A stretch of DNA of 64,000 nucleotides from the NCBI GenBank assembly GCA_965198065.1, contig CBDAON010000004.1, forward strand, positions 480,001 through 544,000, read 5' to 3'. The notes under the pieces are model-generated. The model saw only the letters and a program-made list of their open reading frames with translations, was not told the DNA's origin and ran no database searches. How positions within the stretch are numbered: position 1 is the first letter of the stretch; each line of letters begins with the position of its first letter. The position numbers were made by a program, and so were the translations under genes. Below are positions 38,587-48,685 of the stretch, piece by piece. Origin of the DNA: Longimicrobiales bacterium. GTDB taxonomy: Bacteria; Gemmatimonadota; Gemmatimonadetes; Longimicrobiales; Gaopeijiaceae.

Positions 38587-39468
38587 TCACCCGTGATCGG
38601 GTTCGGCCAACGTAGTGATCTGGCGACACTGCAGTAGAAACAGCTCCTCCCCGCAATAGGCGCTCTCCACGTCGACCGGCCATCCCATCTCATCCTCCAG
38701 GCTCATCGCCAGCTCCGCCATAGCGACCAGCTGCTCATCGGAGAGCGTCGGGTGCGAGCGCATGAACCTCGGAACAGTCACTTCCTTAGTGCCATCTGGA
38801 ACCAGCACTGTCATGACCTTCTTATCGGAGATCTTGGACTCGGTCACTGTCAGGTCCCGCTTGTCGATCGTAAAGGTGTCCGGGCTGACGGTTCCGCCGA
38901 CGATGCTCTCACCCAGCCCCCAGCTGGCGTTGATCACGACCTCGTCGCGATTGTGGGTGACGGGATTGGCGCTGAAGATCACGGCCGACGAGTCGGCCGG
39001 CACCCGGTGCTGAACGAGCACCGCCATCGCTATACTGTCGAGCGCTAGCCCGTAGCGCTGTCTGTATTCGGTGACCCGCTCCGCCCCCGCGGAGTGCCAG
39101 CAGCGCAGCACGGCGGCGGCCACGGCCGCATCACCCGTCAGATTCAAATAGGTCTCGTACTGTCCGGCAAAGGAGGCGAGGCAACCGTCTTCGTCAATTG
39201 CAGACGACCGCACCGCCACGCTGGGCTTCTCGGCGTCTGAGCGCTGAGCCAGCTCACCATAGGCATCGCTGAGCTGGCGGAGCAGCTCCGCTGGAAACTC
39301 ATCCGCGTGGCCGTCCCCATGGCCCGCCCACTCCTGGAAAGCCGCCGTAGTCATACAGAAGCCGGGCGGGACCTGGTACTCCACTGCGAGTCGGCTCAGG
39401 TTGGCCACCTTGCCTCCAACCCGAGAGACGTCCTGACACCCAGCATCGTCCAACCAGATAATGTTCAT
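38587..39468 (-). CDS. PEP/pyruvate-binding (PPDK_N, ATP-grasp) protein
   Basis: VGGK.ANL, VPPGF, AVRSSA..ED...SFAGQYETYLN, WGLGESIV.G. Confidence 0.9.
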   Translation of the reverse strand: MNIIWLDDAGCQDVSRVGGKVANLSRLAVEYQVPPGFCMTTAAFQEWAGHGDGHADEFPAELLRQLSDAYGELAQRSDAEKPSVAVRSSAIDEDGCLASFAGQYETYLNLTGDAAVAAAVLRCWHSAGAERVTEYRQRYGLALDSIAMAVLVQHRVPADSSAVIFSANPVTHNRDEVVINASWGLGESIVGGTVSPDTFTIDKRDLTVTESKISDKKVMTVLVPDGTKEVTVPRFMRSHPTLSDEQLVAMAELAMSLEDEMGWPVDVESAYCGEELFLLQCRQITTLAEPDHG

Positions 39469-39578
39469 CGCATGTCAGTTGGGTTACTCGACAAGACGGT
39501 CATGGGATCGTCGGGGGGCGGGGGGGACTGTCTGCTGACGAAGATGCCGGTGGGGTTGGTGGGGAGCAAGCAAGCTCC

Positions 39579-40896
39579 CTATCCAGGCTCGGCGGCCTTT
39601 CCGGGCAAAGCCAGCGCGCTGATCGCCGCGACGACTAGGGCCGCCAAATAGACTACCGTAGCCGCACTATGTGCGTTCACACCCGCCTGTTCCCCTCCGA
39701 GCAGATATCCGAGCGCCGAGATACCGATCACGCCTCCGATGTAGCGGGCCGTCGACACGGCCCCCCCGGCCATCCCGGCTTCTCTGCGACCCACCGCACT
39801 CATGGCGCCCGCCTGGGCCGGGGCCGACGAGAGTCCCAGGCCGGCACCGATCAGAAGGAGGCCGACCAGGGCGTCCCCGGGTGACTGCAGGGCCTGGAAG
39901 TCGGAGACGAGGTAGACGCCGGCGAGTGCAGTCAGGGTGCCCACGAATGCGGTCGCACGGGCGCCGACCCGCTCCGAGACCCAGCCTCCGAGAGGCGAGC
40001 CTACGATCATCGCGATCATCATGGTGATGATCGTTCGTCCGGTAGTCCCGGCTTCCACACCTCGCACCTGCTCGAAGAAGATCGGAAGCTGGAAGAGAAG
40101 CGAATACATTGCCAGGTTCTGGAGCCCGATGACGACGCTTGCGGCGGTGAACGTGGGTCGCAGGAACAGCCTGAGGTCGAGGACCGGCTCCGCTACATGG
40201 CGCTCCCAGCGTACGAAAACGGCCAGCAGCGCCACACCGCCCAGCGCCGCCCCTAAGGCCGTCGAACCCGAGGTCTGAGCTGCCACCACAAGCAGGGTCA
40301 TCCCGAAGCCCAGCAGCACGCTGCCCAGAACATCGAAGCGAGGCGACCGCCGGCCGATAGCGGCCTGTGCGGTTCCCTCTGACTTAGTCGCGAGCCGAAT
40401 CAAGAAGTATGAGACCAGGATCACCGGAATGTTGGCGATGAAGACGGACCGCCACCCGAACAGGGCTGTGAGCTCCCCCCCCACGAGAGGGCCGATCGCG
40501 GCCGCGGTTCCCATCACGGAACCGAAATAGCCGAAAGTGCGTGCCGCCTCTCGACCGGTACGAGGTTTCGCAGAAGCGCCATTGTTGCCGGTACCGTCAT
40601 CGCTCCCCCAGCGGCCATCGCGATCCGGGCAAACACCAGGCTGGGCAGGTTCGCCAATGCGAATCCGGCCATCGAGCCGACTGCGTAGATGGCCATGCCG
40701 ATGACGAGACCGCGTTCATGACCGATCAAATCCCCGAGTTTTCCTCCCGGGCTCATCGCGGCGATTCCAACAACGCGATCATCGTGGATCCGAGTGGAGC
40801 CAGGGCGGCGGCGAGGAACATCCCCACGTAGAACAACGCCGAGACGCGTTGGGCGGGAGGTTCGTGCGGGATTGAGGCGGGTTCGCGCGGGCTCAA
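39579..40896 (-). pseudogene. MFS (DHA2-like) efflux transporter with a deletion and a frameshift
   Basis: LAPLGSTMIA / GGKLGDLIG / AIGPLVGG.L...FGWRSVF..NIP segments in different frames. Confidence 0.8.
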
Positions 40897-41200
40897 GGCG
40901 GCAGTCTCGAGGGACTCAGCGGGTGATCGCCCGGTACTGAAGAAGGTAGAGCGCCCAGCAGGCCCCCCTACAGGCTACTTGTCGTGTCGCGGCCGACGGT
41001 CTCCGTCAGCACGCCCGCCCCCTCAAGCGCGATCCAGCTGCCAACCACATAAATGCCCAACACCTGCCACAGGGACCGGCGGTGGATCTCAGCGATCAGA
41101 CGCTTCAGAGGATTCTCGGAGGAGTCGGCCATACGTCCCGTTACAAAGAGGAATCACGGAACTGCGCCCAACTGACAAGACGCGGGAAGAGATGCTGGGC

Positions 41201-42636
41201 GGAGTGAGTCCCATCTTTAGTTGAAATTGAAGCGGCCTCCAACCTCAGGTAACGTGGGTGTGCGACCACACCACGGGATCACAAGAGAGGAAGGAGGGCC
41301 ACCGATGGGAAGGATGCCAAGGCTCGTCGAGCGGGGCAAGAAGGACCGGCGGCTCGGGGAACCGAGGGAGGTGAGTTGGGAGGAGATCGAGGCGCTGGAG
41401 CTGGACCCTCGGGTGGAGCTGATCCGGCAGCTGATTCCGCTGGGACTGGCGGAGGTGGGCCGGATGCTCGAGGAGGAAGTGGAGCAACTGGCGGGGCAAC
41501 GTCACGCCAGGAAGACCGAGGACGATCGACATTGCCGGCATGGGCATAACCCAGGGTCGGTGCGGTTGGGCGGCCAGCGGCATCCGGTGCGAGTACCGCG
41601 GGTGCGAGGCCCGGCCGGAGAGTCGAGGCTGGCGGCGTATGAGCAGCTGCATGGCTCGCCCGGCGAGATGGACGAGGGGCTGTTTCGGAAGGTGCTGCTC
41701 GGGATCTCGTGCCGGGACTACGAGGCAGCGGTCGAGGCGGTGCCTGGAGCCATCGGGCTGTCGAAGTCGACGGTCTCGCGGGAGTTCAAGAAGGCCACGG
41801 CCGCGAAGCTGAAGGAGTTTCAGGAGCGGGACCTCTCGGGTTACGACGTGGGGTGGCACTCGTCCTGGACGGCAAGAGCTTTGCCGAGGACGAGATGGTC
41901 GTCGCGCTCGGGGTGACGACCAAGGGGGACAAGGTCTTCCTCGGGTTCGTCCAGACCGACACGGAGAACGCCGTGGTGATCCGATCCTTCCTTCGGAGTC
42001 TGAAGGACCGAGGTCTCGACCTGTCGGCCGGAGCGCTCGTGGTGATCGATGGAGCCCGCGGTCTCCGGAGCGGCGTCCTGGCGGTCTTCAAGGGACAGGT
42101 GCTCATCCAGCGGTGCCAGTGGCACAAGCGGAAGAACGTGATCTCGTATCTGCCGAGAGCGGAGCAGAAGGGCTGGCGCCAGCGTCTGCAGCGCGCCTAC
42201 CAGCGGCCCACGTACGAAGAGGCCGTCAAGGACCTCAAGGCCCTGCGCCAGGAGCTCGCGGGGGTGAACCAGTCCGCGGCGGCCAGTCTCGATGAGGGGT
42301 TCGAGGAGACCCTCACCCTCCACCGGTTGGGAGTCTTCCCCCTGGTCGGCCAGTCGCTCAAGACCACCAACGTGCTCGAGTCCGTGAACGCCCTGGCCGA
42401 GCAGAGGTGCGGACGCGTGGACCACTGGAAGAACTCGAGCCAGAAGCACCGATGGCTCGCGACCACGCTCCTGGAGATCTAGTCACGGCTCCGGAGGTTG
42501 CTCGGGTACCGACACCTCCCGCTCCTCAGGGCCGCGATCCAGAAGGACCTCGGGATCACCCTTCCCGAGAGCCGTTCACATGCTGTCGCCTGAGACGGAG
42601 GCCGCTCCAGTTTCAACTAACTTTGGGATTGACTCC
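41201..42636 (+). mobile_element. IS256-family element; transposase 41305-42593 with a frameshift (~41850) and an in-frame TAG (42480-42482)
   Basis: IRs GGAGTGAGTCCCATCTTTAGTTGAAA / GGAGTCAATCCCAAAGTTAGTTGAAA; LDG, VIDG..GL, QRCQWHK..N, TTN.LES.N motifs. Confidence 0.9.
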
Positions 42637-42659
42637 TGGGGCTCCACCAAGATGCGCAC

Positions 42660-43070
42660 TTGCTCCCGCGCCCGCCACGGAACCCCGACGAGCTGGAGGT
42701 GGCACAGGTGGCGCCAGACGTTGAGGGAGGACTGTTCGTCCTGGCCTCGGTAGATGGAGAGCCCGCTGCTGTGGCCAAGTTCCAGTTGTCGGACCCAGAA
42801 TTCTGGCCGGCGCAGCCGTCTGGAGAGAGCACGTTCATCCATCGTCTCGCCGTTCGACGGCGATACGCCAGGACGGGAGTCTCTTCAGCGTTGATCGACT
42901 GGGCCGTCGAGCGCACGCGCTCAATCGGGCGACAGTACCTGCGTCTGGACTGTGACGCGCTTCGCCCGCGCCTCCGTGCGTTCTACGAGCGTCGTGGATT
43001 CATTTTCCAGAGCGAAATCGAGGTCGGTCCACATCATGTCGCTAGATACGAGCGTCGGGTGGACTCGTGA
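42660..43070 (+). pseudogene. GNAT acetyltransferase, probably 5'-truncated next to the IS256
   Basis: IHRLAVRR.YA..GV...LI.WA...LRLDC...LRAFYE..GF. Confidence 0.75.
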
Positions 43071-43306
43071 TGGGCGTCATGGGCCCCTCGTGACAAGCGG
43101 GGTTTGAGAATCGGATAACAACTGGGTCGGACAACCCCGCTTACGCTCGCAGCGTCCGACTTGCGGCACAGTCACGGCACAGGCTTCAAAAGAGCCGTCA
43201 AACGAGGGCTTCTAGGGGACACGGAGGTTTGCCAGTTCCACGCGGATCGTCAGCCGTGATCCCGGTCCGACGCTTCGCGCGCGGGAGGACATGTTTTGGC
43301 GTCGGC

Positions 43307-43990
43307 CTACACTGGGGCCCTCGCCTTGAAGTGGCTCGTCGTCACGTCAAAGTCTTCTCGCTGGCCACCTTCCTTCCGCGCAACTACCCATTGAACGGCG
43401 CTCTTCTCATCCCAGATTTCGCTCTCGAGAATCTCGAAGCCACTGCTGGACACGAGTGACTCCACTTCAGCGAACGTCAGGCTACGAATCGGCGGTGCGA
43501 AGCCCAACCGCTGAGCGAGACCTAGCAGCGACCTGACAGGCCAATCCCTCTCTCCAAGGCACGGAGTCTGCGAAATGAACAACCCTTCCGGCTCCAACAG
43601 GTCATGCAGTCGAGTCAAGACGCCGTGGATATCGTCCAAGAGGTGAAGGACGTTGAACGCGGTAACGGCCGAGAAGGAGCTGCCTGTCAGCTTCTGGTTG
43701 AACGCGTCCTCTTGACTGAAAGTGACGTTGGGTACGTTCGGATCACGTTCACGTATCTTCTGATTGGCCAGCTCAATCATCTTCGCCGACACGTCGATGC
43801 CGTGAACTCGGTGCACATGGCGCGCGATGTTGAGGCCTATCTCCCCAGACGCACATCCGAGATCGAGCACTACATCGGAGTTGGTCAGCAGTGAGTTGAC
43901 ACTCGCGATGGTCCGTATGTAGAGGGAATCGTGCCTCCGGATATCGTCGTCGTACTTTCTGGCTCTTCTATCCCAGAACGTGGCTTGCAT
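43307..43990 (-). CDS. Class I SAM-dependent methyltransferase
   Basis: FWDRRA..YD; VLDLGCASG; GIDVS..MI; AFNVLH; AGGAGAGG RBS. Confidence 0.9.
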   Translation of the reverse strand: MQATFWDRRARKYDDDIRRHDSLYIRTIASVNSLLTNSDVVLDLGCASGEIGLNIARHVHRVHGIDVSAKMIELANQKIRERDPNVPNVTFSQEDAFNQKLTGSSFSAVTAFNVLHLLDDIHGVLTRLHDLLEPEGLFISQTPCLGERDWPVRSLLGLAQRLGFAPPIRSLTFAEVESLVSSSGFEILESEIWDEKSAVQWVVARKEGGQREDFDVTTSHFKARAPV

Positions 43991-44040
43991 CGTGAAACCT
44001 CTCCTCTTGGGTGGACAGTGAACCTGGCTGCCCTGGGTGT

Positions 44041-44709
44041 TCAGGGCAGGAGCTTCGCGAGGCCGTCGAGGACCAGATCGAGGCCGAACTCGAACTCCGA
44101 CTCGTAGGCCACAGCGTCCCTCCGGTGAGCGCTAGGGAAACGGGTTTGCATGATCCAGCCGATCATCTCGGTGAGGTACGGGTGTTCGTCCGAGTCGACG
44201 TGCGGTTGTAGGCTGGTTGCTACACTGTGCTGTTCCGCGGGGGCGAAAGGCCAGTTGACCTCCTGGAGCGTGAAGCCATGCACGTAGGCGTTAATCGTGA
44301 GTTGGGCTCTGTACGCCTGTTCAATCGAGAAGCCCGCCTGTCGAAGCGTTCCGATCACGGCCTCGCTGTATCGGAACCGCACGTGACTGGGCGTCACCCG
44401 CGACTCGACTAGAGCGGCCGCCCAGGGATGGCGCAGTAGCACTTTGCGAGCCGACCTCGCTGTGTCACGCAGGGCCACCTGCCAGGGGGCCTCGTCGGAC
44501 GGCGCCGCGAATTCGCTCACGACGAGTTCGACGATTCCGTCCAGAATGTCGTCCTTGTTGGCGACGTGGTTGTAGAGAGACATTGCCTCGACCCCGAGCT
44601 GCCCACCGAGCTTGCGCATGGAGAGTGACTCGATCCCGTTTCTATCGGCGAAGGAGATCGCGGCACGCAGTACTCGCTCGCGCGTTAAGGGCGTTCGGGG
44701 GGAAGCCAT
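44041..44709 (-). CDS. TetR-family regulator with TetR_C domain
   Basis: LTRERVL.AA...AD..G...LSMRKL...LGVEAMSLYNHV.NK; FEFGLDLVLDGL. Confidence 0.93.
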   Translation of the reverse strand: MASPRTPLTRERVLRAAISFADRNGIESLSMRKLGGQLGVEAMSLYNHVANKDDILDGIVELVVSEFAAPSDEAPWQVALRDTARSARKVLLRHPWAAALVESRVTPSHVRFRYSEAVIGTLRQAGFSIEQAYRAQLTINAYVHGFTLQEVNWPFAPAEQHSVATSLQPHVDSDEHPYLTEMIGWIMQTRFPSAHRRDAVAYESEFEFGLDLVLDGLAKLLP

Positions 44710-44806
44710 GGGCCCGCATCTTTTGTCGAGTACGTGATTGGGCGCCCAGATTTCTGCGCGTGCTCTCCACCTGCGGTTTTTCGCAAGGGTGCGTGGGCCC
44801 GCTTAC

Positions 44807-44840
44807 CTTACAGCGTAAGCTTACGGCGTAATCCTGTCAA
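44807..44840 (-). promoter_or_regulatory. tetR promoter overlapped by two tandem palindromic operators
   Basis: TTGACA(44835-44840)-17 nt-TACGCT; CTTAC-AGC-GTAAG (44807-44819) and CTTAC-GGC-GTAAT (44820-44832). Confidence 0.75.
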
Positions 44841-45092
44841 GGGGAAGAGCGCACCGCAGATATCTTCATGAGGCCCGAGCGGGCGGCCTAGTTTCGGGAG
44901 ATCCCCAGACCCGAGGCGTACCCGTGCTTCGCGCCCTACCCCCGCAGTGGGTAAGCTCCTACCGGATCCCCGTGTCGAAGCTGATCACGATCTCTGTGAA
45001 GAGACCCTCGACGACATCGACGTCCTGCTCGCAACGGGAAACGGATCGCTGGATTCGGGATCGAGCGTGTACCGCGAGGGCCGGGGCCGATC

Positions 45093-46533
45093 CTACGGCT
45101 CGAACGTAATCGGCATCGCGACCCACACAGCCGTCGGCGCTCCCAGCTGCAGCGCGGGCGTGAACTGGAACGTCCACGCGACCCGGAGGGCGGCGGCATC
45201 CAGGGGCGCGTGCTGGGAAGGTCGTGTTCACCAGCACGTTCTCCACGGACCCCGTCTCGTCGATGTAGAGCCAGAGCATGACCGTCCCCCCAACCCCGGC
45301 GTCCCGGAGTAACGGGGGGTACTCCCTCTCCAGCGCGTCGCCGACCTCGGCCCGGTTCCGTAGCTCGGGCTGGAACTCGTAGGGCGTGAAGCCCGGCGCG
45401 GCCGAGGTGACCGGTCCCCCTGGATCCTGGACGGACGGGGGCGGGGCGGACGACTGGATAATCGAGCGGATGTCGTCCGGTCCGAGGGACGGTGGTGGCG
45501 CCGGGGCGTCCCCGTCCCCGCCGACAGTCGTCTCGTCCAGTGGGCTGTCCACGGGGTTCGCGTTCGTGTCCACGCTCGGGCGCGTGCCCACGACCGGGGC
45601 CGTGATGGCCGGGTCGGTCTCGAGCTCCACGGTCGGCACCGGTGCCTCGCACGCGAACACCAGGATCATCGTCGCCAGCCCCGCGAGCCCGAGCGCCGTC
45701 CGTCCCCGGTGACCTTGGATTCGGTCCGTCATGGACTCGATCCTCCTCTCCAGGGTGGATTTGGGCTCGGCCAGGGCGACGAGCGCGAAGCTTCGCGGCA
45801 CCGCGCGCTGGCTTCCGACTTCGAGCAGGAGCGTACCGTACGCCTGCTTGTCCGGGTAGCGGCTCAACACCCGCGCATCGCAGTCCATCTAGATCGCGGC
45901 GCGGAGCCGTCGGAGCTGCCACCAGAGCGGGAGGTTCCACGGCATCGCCACGAGCATGACCGTGGCCAGGAGGAGGAGGAGCGGGTCGCGACCCTTCACG
46001 TGCTCCTGCTCGTGCACGAACGCCAGCCGGCCATCGAAGCGGGGGGCGTCCACGACCCAGCTCGGGAGAACGATCCGGGACCGGACGAACCCGATGACGC
46101 AGGGCCCGACGTCCTCCGTCAGGAGCACGTCCTCGCCGGCGACGTGCTCTGCCGACCACGACCTCCGGAGCCTTGCGAGTGACAGCAGGGAGAGCCCCAG
46201 GTAGACGAGGAGTCCCCCAGACATCCCGATCCAGAGATAGAGGAGGATCGGGTCCGCCGCGGCGAACGAGGGGGTCCACGAATCCGGGACACCGACGGCC
46301 CCGTTCGTGAGGACGGTGATCGGGCCGATCAAAACGCCCGATCCCGCGCCGGGCTCCACGGCCCGTGGGGCCAACCACGCCCCGAGGGGGAAGAGGCCCG
46401 AGCCCACGATGGCGGCAACCCACGGGAGCCGGGCCGGCTGTCCATAGAGCCGGGCGACGCGTTCCAGCGCGGCCGCCGCGACGCCCAGCAGCAGTGCGAT
46501 CCCCAGGCAGTATATCATCCACGCGCCAATCAT
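45093..46533 (-). pseudogene. BlaR1-like M56 metallopeptidase fused to a TonB C-terminal domain; in-frame TAG at 45889-45891 and a frameshift in TonB_C
   Basis: HEQEH..GRD, PWN...WW..RRLR.AI*MDCD, YG.LLL, LERRI; YPP...DAG.GGTV.L...IDETG.V; LDAAAL...QFTPA. Confidence 0.85.
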
Positions 46534-46907
46534 TGGTTTTCCTCCTTCAGCCGCCCATCGAGAAGCTCCCGCATTCTCCGCATCTCCGCGTCGGAAAGTC
46601 CCCGGTCCGAGACGAGCTGCGTGACGAGGAGCTCGGGAGAGCCGCGGAAGAGCTTCTGAACCATGCGTCGGAGGGCGCTCTTCCGGGACCGCTCCCAGGG
46701 AACGAGTGGATAGTAGCGGTGAGCCTTCCCCTCTTCCGTGTGGGCCACGTGCCCCTTCTCCTCGAGCACGCGGAGCACGGTGGAGACGGTCGTATACGCG
46801 AGGGGGTCCGGAAGGCGCTCCCGCACCTCGGACGCGGTGGCGGTCTCCTTCTCCCAAAGGACACCCATCACGTCCAGCTCACGGTCGGTGAAGTTGATCT
46901 TGGTCAT
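46530..46907 (-). CDS. BlaI/MecI/CopY-family repressor
   Basis: FTDRELDVM.VLW...T..EV...L...LAYTTV.TVLR.LEEKG.V; ATGA overlap with the M56 gene. Confidence 0.93.
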   Translation of the reverse strand: MTKINFTDRELDVMGVLWEKETATASEVRERLPDPLAYTTVSTVLRVLEEKGHVAHTEEGKAHRYYPLVPWERSRKSALRRMVQKLFRGSPELLVTQLVSDRGLSDAEMRRMRELLDGRLKEENQ

Positions 46908-46922
46908 GGGCCAGCTCTTCAC

Positions 46923-46987
46923 TGTCAACTAGAGATATAGTAGAGAATGGGACGTTGGCGACTGCGTGTCAACTACTTTCATAGTTA
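46923..46987 (-). promoter_or_regulatory. Two candidate BlaI-type operators around the promoter
   Basis: Repeated TGTCA-ACTA-N6-TAGT at 46923-46941 and 46967-46985; TTGACA-17 nt-CATTCT on the minus strand. Confidence 0.65.
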
Positions 46988-47303
46988 ATAGCCAGTCATG
47001 GGTACGCCCGTCGGGGTGCGTCGCGATGTCTCGGTCGTCGTGACTACGTGGTTCCAGTCGCGCTCCAGGTGCCGGTCATCTTCACCTCGCTAGCCACCCT
47101 ATCTCTCTATGGGACCCATTTACACCCCCTCCTGGGGGGAGTCGGTGAGTCAAATCCTGCTCTAGATGGGGCGCACTGAGGTGTGAGGAGTGTGGCGCCG
47201 CGAAGGATCCGTGGCCCGCGCGCCACGCAGAACGATCCGGCCTCCAAGGAGGGGGGCGGGCATCCTCGCGCCCACCCCCCCCCCGCCCCCGGATCCGGCC
47301 GTC

Positions 47304-48419
47304 CTACTGCTGGGCGAGCTGCCGCACGACGCCGCCGAGCATCCGCACCGTCGTGGCGTCCGCGGCCCGGTTGGCCTCCCCGTCCAGCTGGGTCGCGAGC
47401 TGCATCAACTCGCCCCGCCGCGCCTGGGCGGACATCCCCTCGAGCAGCCCCAGCTGGAAGCGCACGATCGCAATGCGGTTGGCCGCGAGCCCCCTCCCCC
47501 GCTCGAGCTGATCCAGATAGGCGCGGGCCAGCACGAACGTGGGCCGCGGGGAGTTATTGTGGCGGACGCGCATCCAGGCGCTGTCGCGGCACAGGCCACA
47601 AGTCGCTGGCGGATAGAACTGAGCCTTCGCGCCTACGTCTCCCATCAGTTGATATCGGAACCAGGCGACGGTTGCCCCGTGGATTCCAGGGTTCATGGCG
47701 TCCTCATGAACGCCCACGAATTGTGCGTCGACGAACTCCGTGGTGACGTCGGCGAGTGCCTGATCGGCGACTCCGTTGGCCCGCGCGTCTTCGGTGGCGC
47801 TGACGATAAGCATCGACGCAGCGTGCCGCGCTAGCTGGGGACGCTCAAAAGACGTGATCGGCATCAGCGGCACGGTGGTGACGATTCCGGCCGGGCCGGG
47901 AACGTTGGCTCCCGCGGTGATCGTGGCCCCACCGCCCTGGGAGTGCCCGGCAGCACCGATCTTCGTGAGGTCCAACATTCCAAAGTACACGCTGCCGGCG
48001 CGCGCGTTTTCAGCGACCAGCCAGTCGATCGCGGCCTTGTGAACCGCCCCGCCGGCGGTCCTGTTGGTGTGGGCGCCCATGACGACGAACCCGTGTGACA
48101 CCCAGTGGTCCAGTAGGTCTTGGTATTGATCGATCTGGTACCGCGTCCCGTTGTTCCAGCTGATGATCGGATGTTTGCGTCCCTCCTCTCCTAGCTGCAT
48201 CGGCCGGACGATGTCGTAGGCGGCGTTTGGACCGACGTTGGTCTCCCGTTGGATGGAGAACGGTCCGCGCTCGGCGAAATCGGTGACCGACGGCCAGGCG
48301 CTCCCTGTCGGCGCGGCGTCACTGCCTTGAGCAGGCGCATCCTGCGCATCCGCCGACGATGAAAGGGCGGAAAACGAAAGCGCGATCGACAGTGTGAGCC
48401 CGAGGACGAGCTTCTTCAT
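47304..48419 (-). CDS. Secreted alpha/beta hydrolase (cutinase/chlorophyllase/PETase-like fold) with a helical C-terminal extension
   Basis: Signal peptide; GPF; HPII.W.NGT; HW.SHGFVV; GHSQGGG; AWFRYQL.GD; C-terminal Cys pair. Confidence 0.8.
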   Translation of the reverse strand: MKKLVLGLTLSIALSFSALSSSADAQDAPAQGSDAAPTGSAWPSVTDFAERGPFSIQRETNVGPNAAYDIVRPMQLGEEGRKHPIISWNNGTRYQIDQYQDLLDHWVSHGFVVMGAHTNRTAGGAVHKAAIDWLVAENARAGSVYFGMLDLTKIGAAGHSQGGGATITAGANVPGPAGIVTTVPLMPITSFERPQLARHAASMLIVSATEDARANGVADQALADVTTEFVDAQFVGVHEDAMNPGIHGATVAWFRYQLMGDVGAKAQFYPPATCGLCRDSAWMRVRHNNSPRPTFVLARAYLDQLERGRGLAANRIAIVRFQLGLLEGMSAQARRGELMQLATQLDGEANRAADATTVRMLGGVVRQLAQQ

Positions 48420-48685
48420 GATGTTTCTCCGTCTTCTAGTTTCGCTGCGGGCTGGCCACATCCCTGGGGGCTGTCCAGAGCGCGGACAACCGAAACATAC
48501 ACTTCGCCTGGAAACTGCCGATAGGTGGGTACGCTTTCATCTACTGCGGCGTTCGTCCCCGGCCTACAGGCAGAGACCGCAAGTAGCGCGATCCAGCTGG
48601 AGGCCAACGACGATTCGCCCGCTGGACGACCGGGAATCTCCCGAATTCCTCAACTCAGGTCTCAGGACGCATGCGTAAATGAGGG

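Noticed and set aside
43085..43185. Inverted repeats (AAGCGGGGTT/AACCCCGCTT) and GGCACAG direct repeats after the GNAT gene
   Set aside because: Could be a terminator, attC or att-arm remnant; cannot be assigned from sequence alone
44936..46522. 528-aa ORF and other long Arg/Gly/Pro-rich ORFs (e.g. 13836-15044, 10395-11492, 34329-35411)
   Set aside because: Alternative-frame or antisense shadows of real genes in high-GC DNA
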